The notes under the pieces were generated by a model that was not told the DNA's origin, searched no databases, and saw only the letters and a program-made list of their open reading frames with translations. From Eledone cirrhosa (Eukaryota), in contig OZ024741.1 of assembly GCA_964016885.1 (NCBI GenBank), forward strand, positions 338,768,001 to 338,832,000: a DNA stretch of 64,000 bases, written 5' to 3'. Positions 62,451 through 64,000 of the stretch are shown one piece after another. A program made the translations under genes and the position numbers. Position 1 is the first letter of the stretch; each line of letters opens with the position of its first letter.

Positions 62451-64000
62451 CACTGTCATATCTATGAAGGTGTATGGACTACTGGTTAGAGTGTTAGACA
62501 GACTGTCATATCTGTGAAGGTGTGTGGTCTACTAGTTAGAGTGTTGGACAGACTGTCATATCTGTGAAGGCGTGTGATCTACTGGTTAGAGTGTTAGACA
62601 GACTGTCATATCTGTGAAGGTGTGACGTCTATGGTTAGAGTGTTAGACAGACTGTCATATCTGTGAAGGTGTGTGGTCTACTGGTTAGAGTGTTAGACAG
62701 ACTGTCATATCTGTGAAGGTGTGTGGTCTACTGGTTAAAGTGCTAGACATACTGTCATATCTGTGAAGGTGTGTGGTCTACTGGCTAGAGTGTTATACAC
62801 ACTGTCATATCTATGAAGGTGTGTGGTCTACTGGTTAGAGTGTTAGACAGACTGTCATATCTGTGAAGGGGTTTGGTCTACTGGTTAGAGTGTTAGACAG
62901 ACTGTCATATCTGTGAAGGTCTGTTGTCTACTGGCTAGAGTGTTAGAGAGACTGTCATATCTGTGAAGGTGTGTGGTCTACTGTTTAGAGTGTTAGACAG
63001 ACTGTCATATCTGTGAAGGTGTGTGGTCTACTGTTTAGAGTGTTAGACAGACTGTCATATCTGTGAAGGTGTGTGGTCTACTGGCTAGGGTGTTAGACAG
63101 ACTGTCATATCTATGAAGGTGTGTGGTCTACTGGTTATAGTGCTGGACTGACCATCATATCTGTGAAGGTGTTTGGTCTACTGGTTAGAGTGTTAGACAG
63201 ACTGTCATATGTGTGAAGGTGTGTGGTCTACTGGTTAGAGTGTTAGACAGACTGTCATATCTGTGAAAGTGTGTGGTCTACTGGTTAGAGTGTTGGACAG
63301 ACTGTCATACCTGTGAAGGTGTGTGGTCTACTGGTTAGAGTGTTAGACAGACTGTCATATCAGTGAAGGTGTGTGGTCTACTGGTTAGAGTGTTGGACAG
63401 ACTGTCATATCTGTGAAGATGTGTGGTCTACTGGTTAGAGTGTTAGACAGACTGTCATATCTGTGAAGGTGTGTGGTCTACTGGTTAGAGTGTTAGACAG
63501 ACTGTCATATCTGTGAAGGTGTGTGGTCTACTGCTTAGAGTGTTGGATAGGCTGTCATATCTGTGAAGGTGTGTGGTCTACTGGTTAGAGTGTTAGACAG
63601 ACTGTCATATCTGTGAAGGTGTGTGGTCTACTGGCTAGAATGATAGACAGACTGTCATATCTGTGAAGGTGTGTGGTCTACTGGTTAGAGTGTTAGACAG
63701 ACTGTCATATCTGTGAAGGTGTGTGGTCTACTGGTTAGAGTGTTGGACAGACTGTCATATCTGTGAAGGTGTGTGATCTACTGGTTAGAGTGTTAGACAG
63801 ACTGTCATATCTGTGAATATGTGTGGTCTACTGGTTAGAGTGTTGGACAGACTGTCATATCTGTGAAGGTGTGTGGTCTAGTGGTTAGAGTGTTAGACAG
63901 ACTGTCATATCTGTGAAGGTGTGTGGTCTACTGGTTAGAGTGTTGGACAGACTGTCATACCTGTGAAGGTGTGTGGTCTACTGGTTATAGTGTTAGACAG

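Larger units (their letters stand above)
1..64000. repeat. 50-bp monomer tandem satellite array (~1,280 copies, single orientation, extends past both window edges)
   Basis: The consensus CTACTGGTTAGAGTGTTRGACAGACTGTCATATCTGTGAAGGTGTGTGGT recurs every 50 bp from position 1 to the end. Most monomers carry 0-4 substitutions. The last monomer starts at 63978, consistent with 23 bp of cumulative deletion. Confidence 0.99.

Noticed and set aside
1-64000. CRISPR array
   Set aside because: There are no unique spacers, since the whole 50 bp is repeated. No leader or cas genes are present.
1-64000. Repeat-protein CDS on either strand
   Set aside because: 50 is not a multiple of 3, so any frame cycles through all phases every 150 bp. 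The + strand monomer has TAG and TGA, and the - strand has TGA, TAA, TAA and TAG, so every frame closes within ~150 bp.
1-64000. Variant pattern as an information-storing code or diversity-generating cassette system
   Set aside because: The variant order is explained by nested tandem duplications and point mutation. No recombinase, reverse transcriptase or expression locus is present in the window.
1-64000. Rolling-circle/concatemer sequencing artefact or synthetic DNA
   Set aside because: Variants are inherited in hierarchical multi-kb blocks with shared indels, which random read error or simple concatemerisation of one template would not produce. Individual near-identical duplications could still be misassemblies.

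Overview
The whole 64 kb window is one uninterrupted head-to-tail satellite array of about 1,280 copies of a 50-bp monomer. The consensus is CTACTGGTTAGAGTGTT(A/G)GACAGACTGTCATATCTGTGAAGGTGTGTGGT (44% GC, 66% G+T on the + strand, no CpG). I saw no unique sequence, inversion, inserted element, CDS, intact RNA gene or CRISPR spacer. Single-base variants used as markers reveal layered higher-order duplications: a 3,400-bp (68-mer) unit x2.6 at the left, a patchwork with ~6.1-6.3 kb offsets at 11-23 kb, 4.6/5.5/1.2-kb duplications at 25-43 kb, and a 6,041-bp (121-mer) unit x2 at 50.4-62.4 kb. The 50-bp phase is exact for the first 43.67 kb. After that there are 17 deletion sites (23 bp in total) and no visible insertions. 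The most interesting inference is that the monomer looks like the CpG-decayed 5' half of a tRNA or tRNA-derived SINE (Pol III A-box/D-arm, TGGTCTAGTGGTTAGAG) amplified into a satellite. This points to eukaryotic (probably animal) heterochromatin. The source organism and any function cannot be established from the sequence alone, and all counts are by eye.
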